The notes below the pieces were generated by a model. It was not told the origin of the DNA. It did not search any database and saw only the letters and a list, made by a program, of their open reading frames with translations. This document shows, piece after piece, positions 29,992 through 39,614 of a stretch of 64,000 nucleotides of DNA. The DNA lies in the NCBI GenBank assembly GCA_018649885.1, contig JABIHA010000073.1:1-64000 (forward strand), read 5' to 3'. Every line of letters starts with the position of its first letter. Positions within the stretch are counted from its first letter, which is position 1. The stretch is from Bacteriovoracaceae bacterium. GTDB lineage: Bacteria; Bdellovibrionota; Bacteriovoracia; Bacteriovoracales; Bacteriovoracaceae. Both the position numbers and the translations under genes were made by a program.

Positions 29992-30195
29992 TTATTATCC
30001 TATTGCTAGACAAAATATTCAAGCTTCAAAACTTCCTCCCTATCTCAATCTTAAAATTTTAACTTGCTATCTTACCAGACAGTTTTTGTTGTTTCCGGGT
30101 TTTGCATCCGTATAATTGACAGTTTTAGATAGTATTCAAGCACCAAGCTGTAACCTCCCAATTTATAGTCTATATACAAACAATGAGGAGAGTCT

Positions 30196-30420
30196 ATGAA
30201 GTCAAATAAATTTATTGGGTTGTTCCTATACCAGGATGGAAAAAGAAATGTAGCTCTCAACACGCGGGGAAGTTACAGCAGTGATACAAGGGCCGGAGAT
30301 AGCGGCTACGACATAGATCTCATTTATCAATACCAAACTAGCACCATCCCCATTTATTCTCAAGGTTACAGCTTGCCTTTATATTTAGCTGGGAAATCCC
30401 AGCTAAATTTACTACTATAG
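30196..30420 (+). CDS. Short hypothetical ORF or gene remnant
   Basis: Good GAGGAG SD before ATG; 74 aa; no recognisable domain. Confidence 0.35.
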   Translation: MKSNKFIGLFLYQDGKRNVALNTRGSYSSDTRAGDSGYDIDLIYQYQTSTIPIYSQGYSLPLYLAGKSQLNLLL

Positions 30421-30456
30421 ATCCCAAAGGCCAAACTTAAGAACCCACTAGGAGAA

Positions 30457-31035
30457 ATGACCATGAGTGCTGAACAAGTTCTTCGAGAACGTGCCAATTC
30501 AAAGTGTGAGCTATGCTCGTCTGATACAAGCTTAACCGTTTATGAAATCCCCCCTGCAATAGACTCAGAAGCGGAAAATTGCGTTTTAGTCTGCGAAGTC
30601 TGTCATAAGCAAATTGAAGACCCAAGTGCCATGGATGCCAACCACTGGCATTGCCTTTCAGATAGTATGTGGAGTGAGTTTAGCGCCGTTCAAATTATGG
30701 CATGGCGTCTACTTAGTCGCATAAAAGAAAATACCTGGGCACAAAACCTCTTGGAGCAGCTCTATATGGACGAGCAAACCCTAGAGCGCGCAAGTGCGGA
30801 AAACTCAGAATCAGACTCGCAAGGAGCTCCCACCTCAGACAGTAACGGCAATGCTTTAAACGACGGGGATACTGTTACATTGATAAAAGATCTCAATGTG
30901 AAAGGTGCAAATTTTACTGCCAAGCGCGGAACAATTGTCAAAAATATTTCTCTCACCATGGATCCAGAGCAAATTGAAGGCCGTGTTAACGGGACTCAAA
31001 TAGTACTTCTTACTAAATTTTTAAAGAAGGCCTAG
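30457..31035 (+). CDS. phnA: PhnA/YjdM domain protein (long form)
   Basis: CELC zinc site; DSNGNALNDGDTVTLIKDLNVKGANFTAKRGT..FLKK. Confidence 0.9.
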   Translation: MTMSAEQVLRERANSKCELCSSDTSLTVYEIPPAIDSEAENCVLVCEVCHKQIEDPSAMDANHWHCLSDSMWSEFSAVQIMAWRLLSRIKENTWAQNLLEQLYMDEQTLERASAENSESDSQGAPTSDSNGNALNDGDTVTLIKDLNVKGANFTAKRGTIVKNISLTMDPEQIEGRVNGTQIVLLTKFLKKA

Positions 31036-31634
31036 ACAGTTATCATCAAGGTAGCGCGTGTCAGAATAATCAGCGCTACTCCTAATAGATAGTGAAGATA
31101 GTCAATCTTAGGAAAACCAAATAGCTTCTCTTCTGATCTTAAAAGTAGTCCTGAAACAGCAATAACTAGAATTGAAGACATATTGGCGGCCATAGTGAGT
31201 GTCAAAAGCTCTCCTTTGAACACCGGGATTATACCCATGATCAAAAGTCCTAAGAGCCCAAAAATCTTTCTTGCTAATTGAGATGGCCTAAAAAATGAAA
31301 AATAAACGGTAGTAGCTACTAAAATTACAAATGCCACCACTGCTGAAGTTTGGCAAATAACCTGGTACTTAAGCAAATGACTTATGGCCATGGAAGTGAA
31401 TCCAAGCTGGGCGCTGAGTAGAGAGAATTTTTTGTGAAGCTCGGACAATTTCTCAAAACCAGACCACTTAAAAATGCTGAGAACTACAGCGACCCCTATA
31501 ATTGATAATCCAATCAAATAGAACCCAAGCGGTGAGCTAAAACCATTAACTAAAAGATATTTTGAATAGAGAATGCAGGCCAAAAGAAATAAATCTGAAA
31601 CTACTGTTGAAATAACCATAACCCTACTTTTCAT
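31032..31634 (-). CDS. Integral membrane hypothetical protein
   Basis: About 7 hydrophobic segments; conserved-looking DYLHY near the C-terminus. Confidence 0.75.
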   Translation of the reverse strand: MKSRVMVISTVVSDLFLLACILYSKYLLVNGFSSPLGFYLIGLSIIGVAVVLSIFKWSGFEKLSELHKKFSLLSAQLGFTSMAISHLLKYQVICQTSAVVAFVILVATTVYFSFFRPSQLARKIFGLLGLLIMGIIPVFKGELLTLTMAANMSSILVIAVSGLLLRSEEKLFGFPKIDYLHYLLGVALIILTRATLMITV

Positions 31635-31648
31635 TAAAATAAGTCACA

Positions 31649-32350
31649 TTACATTAGGTCACAAAATTCTTTTTTACCTTCAAAGCAGCATTGTATTGTT
31701 CTATAGATAAGGTCTCCACTTTGAATCGCCCCCTCATCCTTCATTTCCTTGTGAGACTTTGTGTGAAATAGGCCTGTGGAATGCAGTACTTCGTGAAAGA
31801 TAACTTTCGCAGCACCTTTACCTGAAGCTCGAACAACCTTATGTTCCATATTTAAATAAACAAAAGGAAATCTATCATCAAAACAGGCGACAGAATATCC
31901 GGCCAAATAGCTAGGCATATTTAGGGTATCCTTGTCTGTTAAATTGAGTTTAAACGGGTCTCCTGTTTCCATGCAGCCAATGATTAGTTCATTTAAAGGG
32001 TTTTCTGTTAATGAAATAACCTTTTTTGCCAGAAGTACCGAGCTCTCCGAGTGGCGAGCTAAACAACTAAGCCCAGTTTTAAATGCATCTTCTGCTATTT
32101 TTGCAATCTTAATTGGATCGTATTTATTACAACCACTTAATGTAATCCCATTGCCCAAGCGGTGATAATCAAGATAGGTAGCGTAAAGCTGATCAAGTGG
32201 CCACAGTGACAGTTTTTCAACATAAGTTGATATAGAGGTAGTAGATGCATCAACGCTATCTGTGCAGTGAAAGTCTAGGGCAGCCTCGTAACCAGAGGAA
32301 AATGCCCACTTTGCCCCAAAAATGCAAACGAGTACGGTAAAGATTTTCAT
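31649..32350 (-). CDS. Secreted HEXXH metallopeptidase-like protein
   Basis: Signal peptide; VIFHEVLHSTGLFH; Cys-rich. Confidence 0.7.
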   Translation of the reverse strand: MKIFTVLVCIFGAKWAFSSGYEAALDFHCTDSVDASTTSISTYVEKLSLWPLDQLYATYLDYHRLGNGITLSGCNKYDPIKIAKIAEDAFKTGLSCLARHSESSVLLAKKVISLTENPLNELIIGCMETGDPFKLNLTDKDTLNMPSYLAGYSVACFDDRFPFVYLNMEHKVVRASGKGAAKVIFHEVLHSTGLFHTKSHKEMKDEGAIQSGDLIYRTIQCCFEGKKEFCDLM

Positions 32351-32469
32351 AAAACGGACACTATACTAAAACAGACTTTTTATCTAACCTCTTGTAATTA
32401 GTTCAAGGATTTTACAGGATTTTTTCAACACTTTTACTACTGATAATTATCAATAAAGGCTGTGATGGC

Positions 32470-32639
32470 GGCAATTGGCGACTGGGCCCAGTGCCAATAG
32501 CCTACTAGTGTGTAAAAGGCAATTTGGTGGGAACCATTGCAACACCTAGAATTATGGCCTATCGGTCAAACCTAATAACTTCAATTGACCCACCTTAAAC
32601 CTACCAACAATTGCAGTGGTCCCCAATATGCCTACACAC
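32470..32639. ncRNA. Candidate structured non-coding RNA or cis-element (unassigned)
   Basis: Long hairpin at 32470-32502; ~30-bp imperfect stem pairing 32508-32542 with 32611-32639 and enclosing a GGTCAA/TTGACC stem. Confidence 0.4.
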
Positions 32640-32675
32640 ATATCGAGATAATCCATATCTATTTTGTGAAAATAT

Positions 32676-32705
32676 TGGACCCACAAAGATCAATTTGTAG
32701 GTCCA
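32676..32705 (-). terminator. Terminator-like hairpin after 32713..33150
   Basis: TGGACCcACAAA-gatcaa-TTTGTaGGTCCA; the mismatch is a G.U pair on the minus strand. Confidence 0.6.
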
Positions 32706-32712
32706 CTTGAAA

Positions 32713-33150
32713 TTATTTTTTGATAAATTTAGAAAAGGTAGTGCTATGCACTTGTTCAGTCATTTTTTTGCCCTCAGCAAAAATCGCCATTTTATTTCTT
32801 CTTTCAAGCTTTGCTTTTTTGTTAATGAAGTATGAGGTGACCTTGGTCATCTTGATCATTTTCCCCTCTTTCACAACATGCAAATCTAGTGAATCATGGG
32901 TGCAAACACTCCAAGCAGAACCCCAATGGTCTTTTTTAACCTTACCATCAGCATTTACCACTCTTTTAACAGTTACTTTTCCTTTTACAAGAGTCGCAAA
33001 CAAAAAACTTTTCACTCCGCTTTTCACCACACTTGTAACTTCTAAAACCCCACCTACTCCAGTGTCTGATTTCCATTGTCCTTCAATTGTTGGACATGAA
33101 AACGCAGCCGCTGAAAAGGTCAATAGTGCAAAAAATAAAATCCCTTTCAT
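32713..33150 (-). CDS. Secreted hypothetical protein
   Basis: ATG (MKGILFF) after CAGGAG SD preferred over 33177; signal peptide ending AFS. Confidence 0.7.
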   Translation of the reverse strand: MKGILFFALLTFSAAAFSCPTIEGQWKSDTGVGGVLEVTSVVKSGVKSFLFATLVKGKVTVKRVVNADGKVKKDHWGSAWSVCTHDSLDLHVVKEGKMIKMTKVTSYFINKKAKLERRNKMAIFAEGKKMTEQVHSTTFSKFIKK

Positions 33151-33267
33151 AACACTTCTCTCCTGTTTAAAAATCATATTGAGCTACATTTTATTGCTCA
33201 AAATATTGATTGTCCAAACTTGGTCCATTCTCCGGGTCAAGAGATCAGGTATAGAGAGTCATTCTAC

Positions 33268-34065
33268 TCAATTACATATACTTGGAGAGCTGATTTTTTG
33301 TTCTATTAATTTATATATGTCTTTCCAAATGATCACAGATAATGACCACCAAAGTGAAATCCATATAGGTACACCAAAAAGAATACCGTGGTGATAGTAG
33401 TGCAAGTCCCCTGCTCCTATGTAAAGAATTTCAACTACAGTCCCAAGTGAAATGCAAAGTAGCCCTAATTTAATTTCTCTTTTATTGGGCCTAAAAATCA
33501 AGCTATACAAAATCAAGGCCACTACAAAGGGAGCAAATGATAAAACTGAATCAAGATAATAGTGGTAGATAAATTGTCTGGTCACAAAAACAATAGCTAG
33601 CTGTAAAATGATTTTGGTAGGTGTGCTCTTCCAAACTTTTGAACCAAGATGAACTTCATTTTTCAATTCTACGTCTTTACCAAGACCAGGCCACCAAGCT
33701 ACAGCGGCCATATATCTCAGTATCATCCCCCAATACAAGAGCATCCAAATGGGGATAGTCGAAAATTCCGGGAAATAGACGGGAGCGTGATAATCATATA
33801 CCCCTTTTCCTACAACTGAATTCCAATCATTAAATGCACCAAGTATAGTGCAAATCGTATAGAGAATAATCTCTTGTTTTTTTTCGTCAAAGCGAATCAA
33901 TGTGTAAATTAACCTTACAGCAAGAATAAGCGGAACCACAATACTCATTAAAAGTAATTTCTTTGAAAAAAAGCAGATCAATATACTGATTGCTACTATA
34001 ACAAAGGTATCAACTAAAAGAGATTTGCCATTTGTTGCTTTAACTTTCATCATCATCTCCTTCAT
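33268..34065 (-). CDS. Membrane protein with two DUF2878-like repeats
   Basis: Duplicated motif LG..D/E......G...Y..P.W....W; abuts the radical SAM stop codon. Confidence 0.7.
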   Translation of the reverse strand: MKEMMMKVKATNGKSLLVDTFVIVAISILICFFSKKLLLMSIVVPLILAVRLIYTLIRFDEKKQEIILYTICTILGAFNDWNSVVGKGVYDYHAPVYFPEFSTIPIWMLLYWGMILRYMAAVAWWPGLGKDVELKNEVHLGSKVWKSTPTKIILQLAIVFVTRQFIYHYYLDSVLSFAPFVVALILYSLIFRPNKREIKLGLLCISLGTVVEILYIGAGDLHYYHHGILFGVPIWISLWWSLSVIIWKDIYKLIEQKISSPSICN

Positions 34066-35352
34066 TTAGTTTAAGAAATCTCTTATTTCTGTTAAGATCG
34101 ATGCTGGATTTTTAAGCCCATGATAATAAGTGTCGGTGGTATAGTTTTGGGCCCAATTGCAATTGGCGCCACATTGGGTTGGAGCTGGACCATGAAATTT
34201 ATCGGGATTAATCATTTTCCTCCCCTTGGCCCAAACTTCATCAAGATGTTTGTGTGCAAGGATATTGAGCTTTTCCGGTTGTACATTTACACACGCCTTA
34301 CATGGCCAAAAAAGCGTGCCATCAAAATCAATATGGGGTTTAAGAGTATTTCTGCAATTTAGTGGAACGCCATTATAGAGGCGATTATTCATGCGATATG
34401 AGCCAGCAAATTTATGACCTGCCTTGTGTCTTGTAAGGAGAGTGCTAACAAATTTTCTATACTCTAAATTCAGTAAAAGACCATCTTTTGCAACTGGCCC
34501 GTCATTTTGGGGAACTCCTGCGAAAGTAATACCTAAATCATTGGCAAAGTTAAGAACATCTACTGCATCTTGAATTCTACCTGGCTGAACCACGCAATTG
34601 ACCATCAACTTAAAGCCATAGGTGTCACGCAATTCTCTTAGGGCCAATACATTTCTAATAATATCTTCGGATTTTTTATAACGATACATCTCATTTAACA
34701 TATCAACTCGTAAACTATCAAGGCTGACGATAATAATATCAAAATCAGCAAGAAAATTAGACCAGTTTTTCCTTTTCAAAAGTTTATGAATCACACTACC
34801 GTTTGTATTTATAATTTGAGGAAAATAATTCAAATTTCTGCCGTGCCTTAAAATTTCGGGCAAGTCAGACCTAAGAGTTGGCTCTCCACCCGCATAATAA
34901 ACAGAGGGAGTTCTCGTTCTCATCACTCCTAGAAGTTTTTTCGCCTGATCCGTATCGAGAGCACCTTTATTAGACATCTCAGGATACTTGTTTCCTCTAT
35001 GGTCGTCACAATAGTCACATAAGAAGTTACAAGTTCTCAGAATTGACCAAATAAAGTATAGTGGCAGAAGGTCTTCCCTATTTTCTGAAACTCTTTTTTT
35101 GTTTTTAATCCAGTTAATGGCAGTCGTCTTATAGGATTTAAACATTCGTTTTAATTTTTGAATTCCCGTTTGAGGGAGCTCTTGAGTTTTTGTCGCCTCT
35201 TGGGCCAAGGCCTTTGCTTCAAAGTTAAGCTGATCAAAATCAGGATGCTCCTGCCTTGGTGTGAAGAATTTAAAGTTGAGAGAGTTTGTGGAAGTTGCTC
35301 CCTGTGTAAGCGGATTAGCGTCCTCAATGTTTTTTAAAATAATGTTTTTCAT
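34066..35352 (-). CDS. Radical SAM enzyme with C-terminal Cys-rich (SPASM/twitch-like) region
   Basis: CNFLCDYC, AGGEPTLR, INTNG and VSLDS motifs; C-terminal C..PC..CGANC. Confidence 0.9.
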   Translation of the reverse strand: MKNIILKNIEDANPLTQGATSTNSLNFKFFTPRQEHPDFDQLNFEAKALAQEATKTQELPQTGIQKLKRMFKSYKTTAINWIKNKKRVSENREDLLPLYFIWSILRTCNFLCDYCDDHRGNKYPEMSNKGALDTDQAKKLLGVMRTRTPSVYYAGGEPTLRSDLPEILRHGRNLNYFPQIINTNGSVIHKLLKRKNWSNFLADFDIIIVSLDSLRVDMLNEMYRYKKSEDIIRNVLALRELRDTYGFKLMVNCVVQPGRIQDAVDVLNFANDLGITFAGVPQNDGPVAKDGLLLNLEYRKFVSTLLTRHKAGHKFAGSYRMNNRLYNGVPLNCRNTLKPHIDFDGTLFWPCKACVNVQPEKLNILAHKHLDEVWAKGRKMINPDKFHGPAPTQCGANCNWAQNYTTDTYYHGLKNPASILTEIRDFLN

Positions 35353-35370
35353 AACTGGGCCTTTTGTTGT

Positions 35371-36006
35371 CTATGTGTTTGTAGGTAAAAATTCTTCTAA
35401 GGCCCCCCGTGTAAGCCTTACTAGTGAGTCAATTGCGTCTTCTTTATTAACACTTTCATTAAATAGATATTGAAGGCCAACTCTCATCCACATACCAAAA
35501 ATTCCATGGATAATGAGTTTCCCATTTTTGATGGTTTTCCCCAATGCCTTTGCCTGATCTTCTAAAGTCGAGCAAAGCGCATCTATTAACTCAGGGCTAA
35601 AGCCTTCGCTTAAATCTTTAAGACCTTTAGCACCTCTCACTTTTTCGATGTAAACGACTACAAATTTTTCATTTTCTTTCCAGTAGTCTAAAAATGCATG
35701 GGCCAAGCCATTTAAAAGATCGTCTCTATTACTTGGTATTCCCATTTCGAACTGATCACTAAATCGATCTAAGTATCCTGCATTAAAATTATTGAGAAGA
35801 TTATCTACAAGGTCCTCTTTGTCTTTGAAATGGACATAAAAACTTCCCATTGATTTACCAGCATTTTTGGTAATTTCATTTATCTGGGTTGCCGCCCTAC
35901 CCTTGTCGTAAAAGAGATCGAGGGCAGAGTTTAGTAGTGCCTGCTTTGAAAGCTCTTTTTTATTTTCCCTGAGTGTACTGTTGTAGCTTCTTGCTGATTT
36001 TTCCAT
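35371..36006 (-). CDS. TetR/AcrR family transcriptional regulator
   Basis: ALDLFYDKG..TQINEITKNAGKSMGSFYVHFKDKEDL HTH; ATG at 36006 after GAGGA. Confidence 0.92.
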   Translation of the reverse strand: MEKSARSYNSTLRENKKELSKQALLNSALDLFYDKGRAATQINEITKNAGKSMGSFYVHFKDKEDLVDNLLNNFNAGYLDRFSDQFEMGIPSNRDDLLNGLAHAFLDYWKENEKFVVVYIEKVRGAKGLKDLSEGFSPELIDALCSTLEDQAKALGKTIKNGKLIIHGIFGMWMRVGLQYLFNESVNKEDAIDSLVRLTRGALEEFLPTNT

Positions 36007-36039
36007 GTAAAGCGTCCTCACAAAATAAGTGATTAATTA

Positions 36040-36070
36040 GATGAATCTTATTCAATGAAACATATTCATC
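36040..36070. promoter_or_regulatory. Putative TetR operator (two adjacent TGAA-N5-TTCA palindromes)
   Basis: GATGAATCTTATTCAATGAAACATATTCATC, about 34 nt upstream of the TetR start. Confidence 0.65.
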
Positions 36071-36150
36071 CAAAATAATCAATGGAACATTTCCTGCCGT
36101 GTAAGAATTTCATGGAGTTAAAAGCGAAAGAATTTAGGAATCTGCGTAGC

Positions 36151-37053
36151 TCACAGTTTAACTTCTTGGTACTGTCCGCATTTAGCACAAAGCTTTTGTC
36201 CCAAATATGACACCCATATCCCCACTAGAGCATACCTAATAAATCGAAGTGGGTAGTACAAACTATCATCCACCTGGACAGCGCTGAAACAGAGCTTGAG
36301 GCCAAAATAGAGAATAAGCACTGACACTATCCCTACTCCCGCCCTTTTAAATCTAACCTCAAGACTGGGCGCCTGGGCCTGTGTATTTTCTCTTTGGTGT
36401 AATAGTACTCCGCAGCTAAGCCCAAGTACAGCGCTGAATAATCCGAAGAGAGACGGAAGCCTTACAAAGCAAATTCCTACAACAGAAGCCACTGCAGTAA
36501 GCAGTAGTGGAATTTTGAATTTAGTGGCCTCAAGCTTGCTGAGTTTTGAATAAACCAAAGCAATCAGAATTCCAATACTCCAACCGAGGGCAATATCTGT
36601 GGGATAGTGGACTCCCAAGTAGCTTCTAGATAAACCCACAACGAAAATCATAAAAAGTGCGAGTGGCCAAATATTTTTTTTCTTTGGGTAAAGTCTCGAT
36701 AATTCCAAGGCCAAGATTCCCCAAAAAACAGCTGAAACTTGAGCATGGCCACTGGGAAGTGAAAAACCAGAAGCATGGACAAGACCAAGTTCAGGGTGAG
36801 ATACAAAAGGTCTTGGGAGAGCAAAATAGGCCTTGAGTCCTTCATTGATAGCTGCTGAAAAAATAATAGTATAACTCAGTCTTTTGGCCAGTTTTAGATC
36901 CAATGCAAACCACAAAAGTGGTACAGCAAGAACAAAAAATTGCTCGTTTCCCAAAAGTGTAATCGCCTTAAAGAAAAAATCAAATACGGGGTTTCTCCAC
37001 GCCTGCAACATTTGGATAAACTCAATACCACTTGCCAGAATTTGCTCTTTCAC
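36151..37053 (-). CDS. PAP2 family membrane phosphatase
   Basis: KAYFALPRP, PSGH and SRSYLGVHYPTD motifs. Confidence 0.92.
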   Translation of the reverse strand: MKEQILASGIEFIQMLQAWRNPVFDFFFKAITLLGNEQFFVLAVPLLWFALDLKLAKRLSYTIIFSAAINEGLKAYFALPRPFVSHPELGLVHASGFSLPSGHAQVSAVFWGILALELSRLYPKKKNIWPLALFMIFVVGLSRSYLGVHYPTDIALGWSIGILIALVYSKLSKLEATKFKIPLLLTAVASVVGICFVRLPSLFGLFSAVLGLSCGVLLHQRENTQAQAPSLEVRFKRAGVGIVSVLILYFGLKLCFSAVQVDDSLYYPLRFIRYALVGIWVSYLGQKLCAKCGQYQEVKL

Positions 37054-37943
37054 ATTCTTCCTTTTTTCAAGATGATATTAATTCTATCATTAAGCTCTCG
37101 TGCACTCCACCTCGCAGCGGTATCTTTTTGGTGTACCTGATCTAAAAAGGAGCTGTCTCCATGAGAGAAAACCATATTCAAAAGCTCTAAATTAGGAGCT
37201 CGCACTAAAGACTTCTCAATAATCGCAATTGATTTATTCAAAGTCCTGCTAAAGCTTCCGCCTGTGATAGCATCCCCTTTTTCATAATTCATGGGGTTGA
37301 AATAAAGTAAAACTTTAATGTCTTTTTTACCTAGAAGCTGAGTAGTTTTATTAAAGTAAGTTAAATGCACATGCTCCGGGTGAACAACAGGCATAAAAAA
37401 ATTAATGGCCCAAGATGCCCGTTTAAAAACATCTTTTATTATCCCAAGATTATTATGTTCATTTTTGATGGCAATTTGATCATATTTTTCACGAGATAAT
37501 GGATCAAGCCACGAGGCGATTTTGAATAAATCCAAAAACCTAATTGTAGCAAATAAAATGGGATTGTGAGAAAACCTCACTTTCAACATCAATTCATGGT
37601 ATTGATTTCCTGGATGAAGATATTGAGAAGGAGCAAAAGTAATCAAGTTTATGGGAAGCACTACTAGCTTGGGTAATTTTTTTGATCTCAATATTTTTCT
37701 TACGAAATGAAAATAGGCTTCAGAGGTGAGAGCTGTATGGTAAAATGCCTCGATGGAACCAGCAGGTCTCATTTTACTTAAAGATCTAAAGACCGCTTCC
37801 CCTGTACTATCTCCCACATAGACGACTTCACTTCCACCTGTTAATACAGCATCTTCACGAAGATGGTATTTGTAGGTAATCCCCACCTGGAAAGTCCAAG
37901 ATATCATCACTAATAATAGAGTTTTTCCTAAAAGTTTTTTCAT
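37050..37943 (-). CDS. SGNH-like (AlgJ/PatB/DltD-type) periplasmic partner of the MBOAT protein
   Basis: N-terminal TM; VYVGDST (block I) and DQVH (block V); coupled to the MBOAT gene. Confidence 0.7.
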   Translation of the reverse strand: MKKLLGKTLLLVMISWTFQVGITYKYHLREDAVLTGGSEVVYVGDSTGEAVFRSLSKMRPAGSIEAFYHTALTSEAYFHFVRKILRSKKLPKLVVLPINLITFAPSQYLHPGNQYHELMLKVRFSHNPILFATIRFLDLFKIASWLDPLSREKYDQIAIKNEHNNLGIIKDVFKRASWAINFFMPVVHPEHVHLTYFNKTTQLLGKKDIKVLLYFNPMNYEKGDAITGGSFSRTLNKSIAIIEKSLVRAPNLELLNMVFSHGDSSFLDQVHQKDTAARWSARELNDRINIILKKGRM

Positions 37944-39389
37944 CTAAAATTGAAAGTAAATAAAAGGCACATGCACAGCACGCCCCAAGTTAATAATAGC
38001 AAGCATCATGAAAATATAAAAAGTCCACCGATATGGACGCTCCATTAACAATATTGAGTCTTCTAAAGGCCTCTTTCTCTCCCAGAGGTGAACTAGCTCC
38101 ATAAATACAATGGCACCAATGGCGATTTGAAACTCGCTCGCTCTTTGATTAATGAAAAGATCGTGACTTCTATTTTTTAAAATTAAAGATAGTGAAGTAA
38201 AAAAATCCATTGAAATTATTTTTTTCAAAATATAATTTGCTGTAGTGATATCTTGAGCTCTAAAATAGATCCAACTTGAACATATCAAATGAAAAGTAAT
38301 AAAAGCTTTCATCAAATTACGAAAAGGCCAATTGATACTTACACTTTTTGGCCAGTATCTTTTCAATACATTTCCACCCGCAACAAAGAGGCCATTAATC
38401 CCTCCCCACACAATAAAATTCCAGCTGGCACCATGCCATAGGCCACTTACTAAGAATGTGGCCATCAAGTTAGCGTCCCGTCTCCACTCACCCTTTTTAT
38501 TACCTCCCAGTGGAATATAAAGATAATCTCTGAACCAAAATGAAAGGCTCATATGCCAACGCCCCCAAAACTCAGAAACTGATTTTGAAAAATAGGGTCT
38601 TTTAAAATTGTCCATCAAATTGACACCGAGACATCTGGCGATACCGATGGCCATATCAGAATAGCCAGAAAAATCACAATATATTTGGAAGGCAAACATT
38701 AAGGTTACCATATAGAGACTAAAGGCAGAAAAACCTTCAGGGTTTTGATAAACTGGATCAATAAATGAAACTAATCTATCTGCAATAACGACCTTTTTAA
38801 ATAGCCCCCAACCAAAACGAATAAGGCCTCTTCTGATTTGTAATGGATCAAGCTCTTTTTGGTGAGAGATTTGTGGTAAAAGATTCTTTGCACGCTCAAT
38901 GGGACCGGCCACTAACTGAGGGAAGTAACTGACAAAAAGTGAAAATTTGAAAAAGTTTTTCTCTGCTCTTATATCTCCACGGTAAACATCTATTGTATGC
39001 CCAAGCGTTTGAAAGGTGTAAAATGAAATTCCCACAGGCAATATAATTTGCTCTACAGAAAAACCACTAGAGTTAAGATCATTAAACACCCCTACCAAAA
39101 AATGAGTGTACTTAAAATATCCCAGAAGTCCTAAATTGCTGACGATACTTACGGCCAAAAACATTTTTTGCTTAAACCGATTACCCCTGTGAGAGTCAAT
39201 TCCCCTAGAGCAGATATAATCCACAACTGTTGAAAATAGAATTAAAACTATATATTCAGGTCTCCAACACATATAAAAAAAGTAACTGGCCAGTAAGAGA
39301 AAAATGACCCGAAAGCTTTTGGGAATACTATAATGGACCAAAAAAACCACGGCGAAAAAGAGAAAAAATGAAAGGGTATTAAAGAGCAA
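37944..39389 (-). CDS. MBOAT family O-acyltransferase (AlgI/PatA/DltB-like)
   Basis: LPVGISFYTFQ, FPQLVAGPIER, QIYCDFSGYSD, FWGRWHMSLS, SGLWHGA and FIYFQF motifs. Confidence 0.95.
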   Translation of the reverse strand: MLFNTLSFFLFFAVVFLVHYSIPKSFRVIFLLLASYFFYMCWRPEYIVLILFSTVVDYICSRGIDSHRGNRFKQKMFLAVSIVSNLGLLGYFKYTHFLVGVFNDLNSSGFSVEQIILPVGISFYTFQTLGHTIDVYRGDIRAEKNFFKFSLFVSYFPQLVAGPIERAKNLLPQISHQKELDPLQIRRGLIRFGWGLFKKVVIADRLVSFIDPVYQNPEGFSAFSLYMVTLMFAFQIYCDFSGYSDMAIGIARCLGVNLMDNFKRPYFSKSVSEFWGRWHMSLSFWFRDYLYIPLGGNKKGEWRRDANLMATFLVSGLWHGASWNFIVWGGINGLFVAGGNVLKRYWPKSVSINWPFRNLMKAFITFHLICSSWIYFRAQDITTANYILKKIISMDFFTSLSLILKNRSHDLFINQRASEFQIAIGAIVFMELVHLWERKRPLEDSILLMERPYRWTFYIFMMLAIINLGRAVHVPFIYFQF

Positions 39390-39614
39390 GTCTCTCTCCG
39401 CGAAAGGCCACTAAATATATTTGATAAGTAGTTAATATAAAAGTTGGGTCAATACATGTCGAATTCTTTACTCAATAAAATTTATTTTAAGGCTTGCGAG
39501 TTAGTGATTGGAGCTCAAATTTGCCCAATACTGTCTGTTTTGTTCATGACTCATGTCACTGAATTAATTTCGCAAGGGGTCTAAAATAGTCAAGTATCTA
39601 AAAAGGAGGTAAAA

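Noticed and set aside
32720..33394. 224-aa plus-strand ORF
   Set aside because: Antisense shadow of 32713..33150 and the end of 33268..34065, which have SD, signal or TM features
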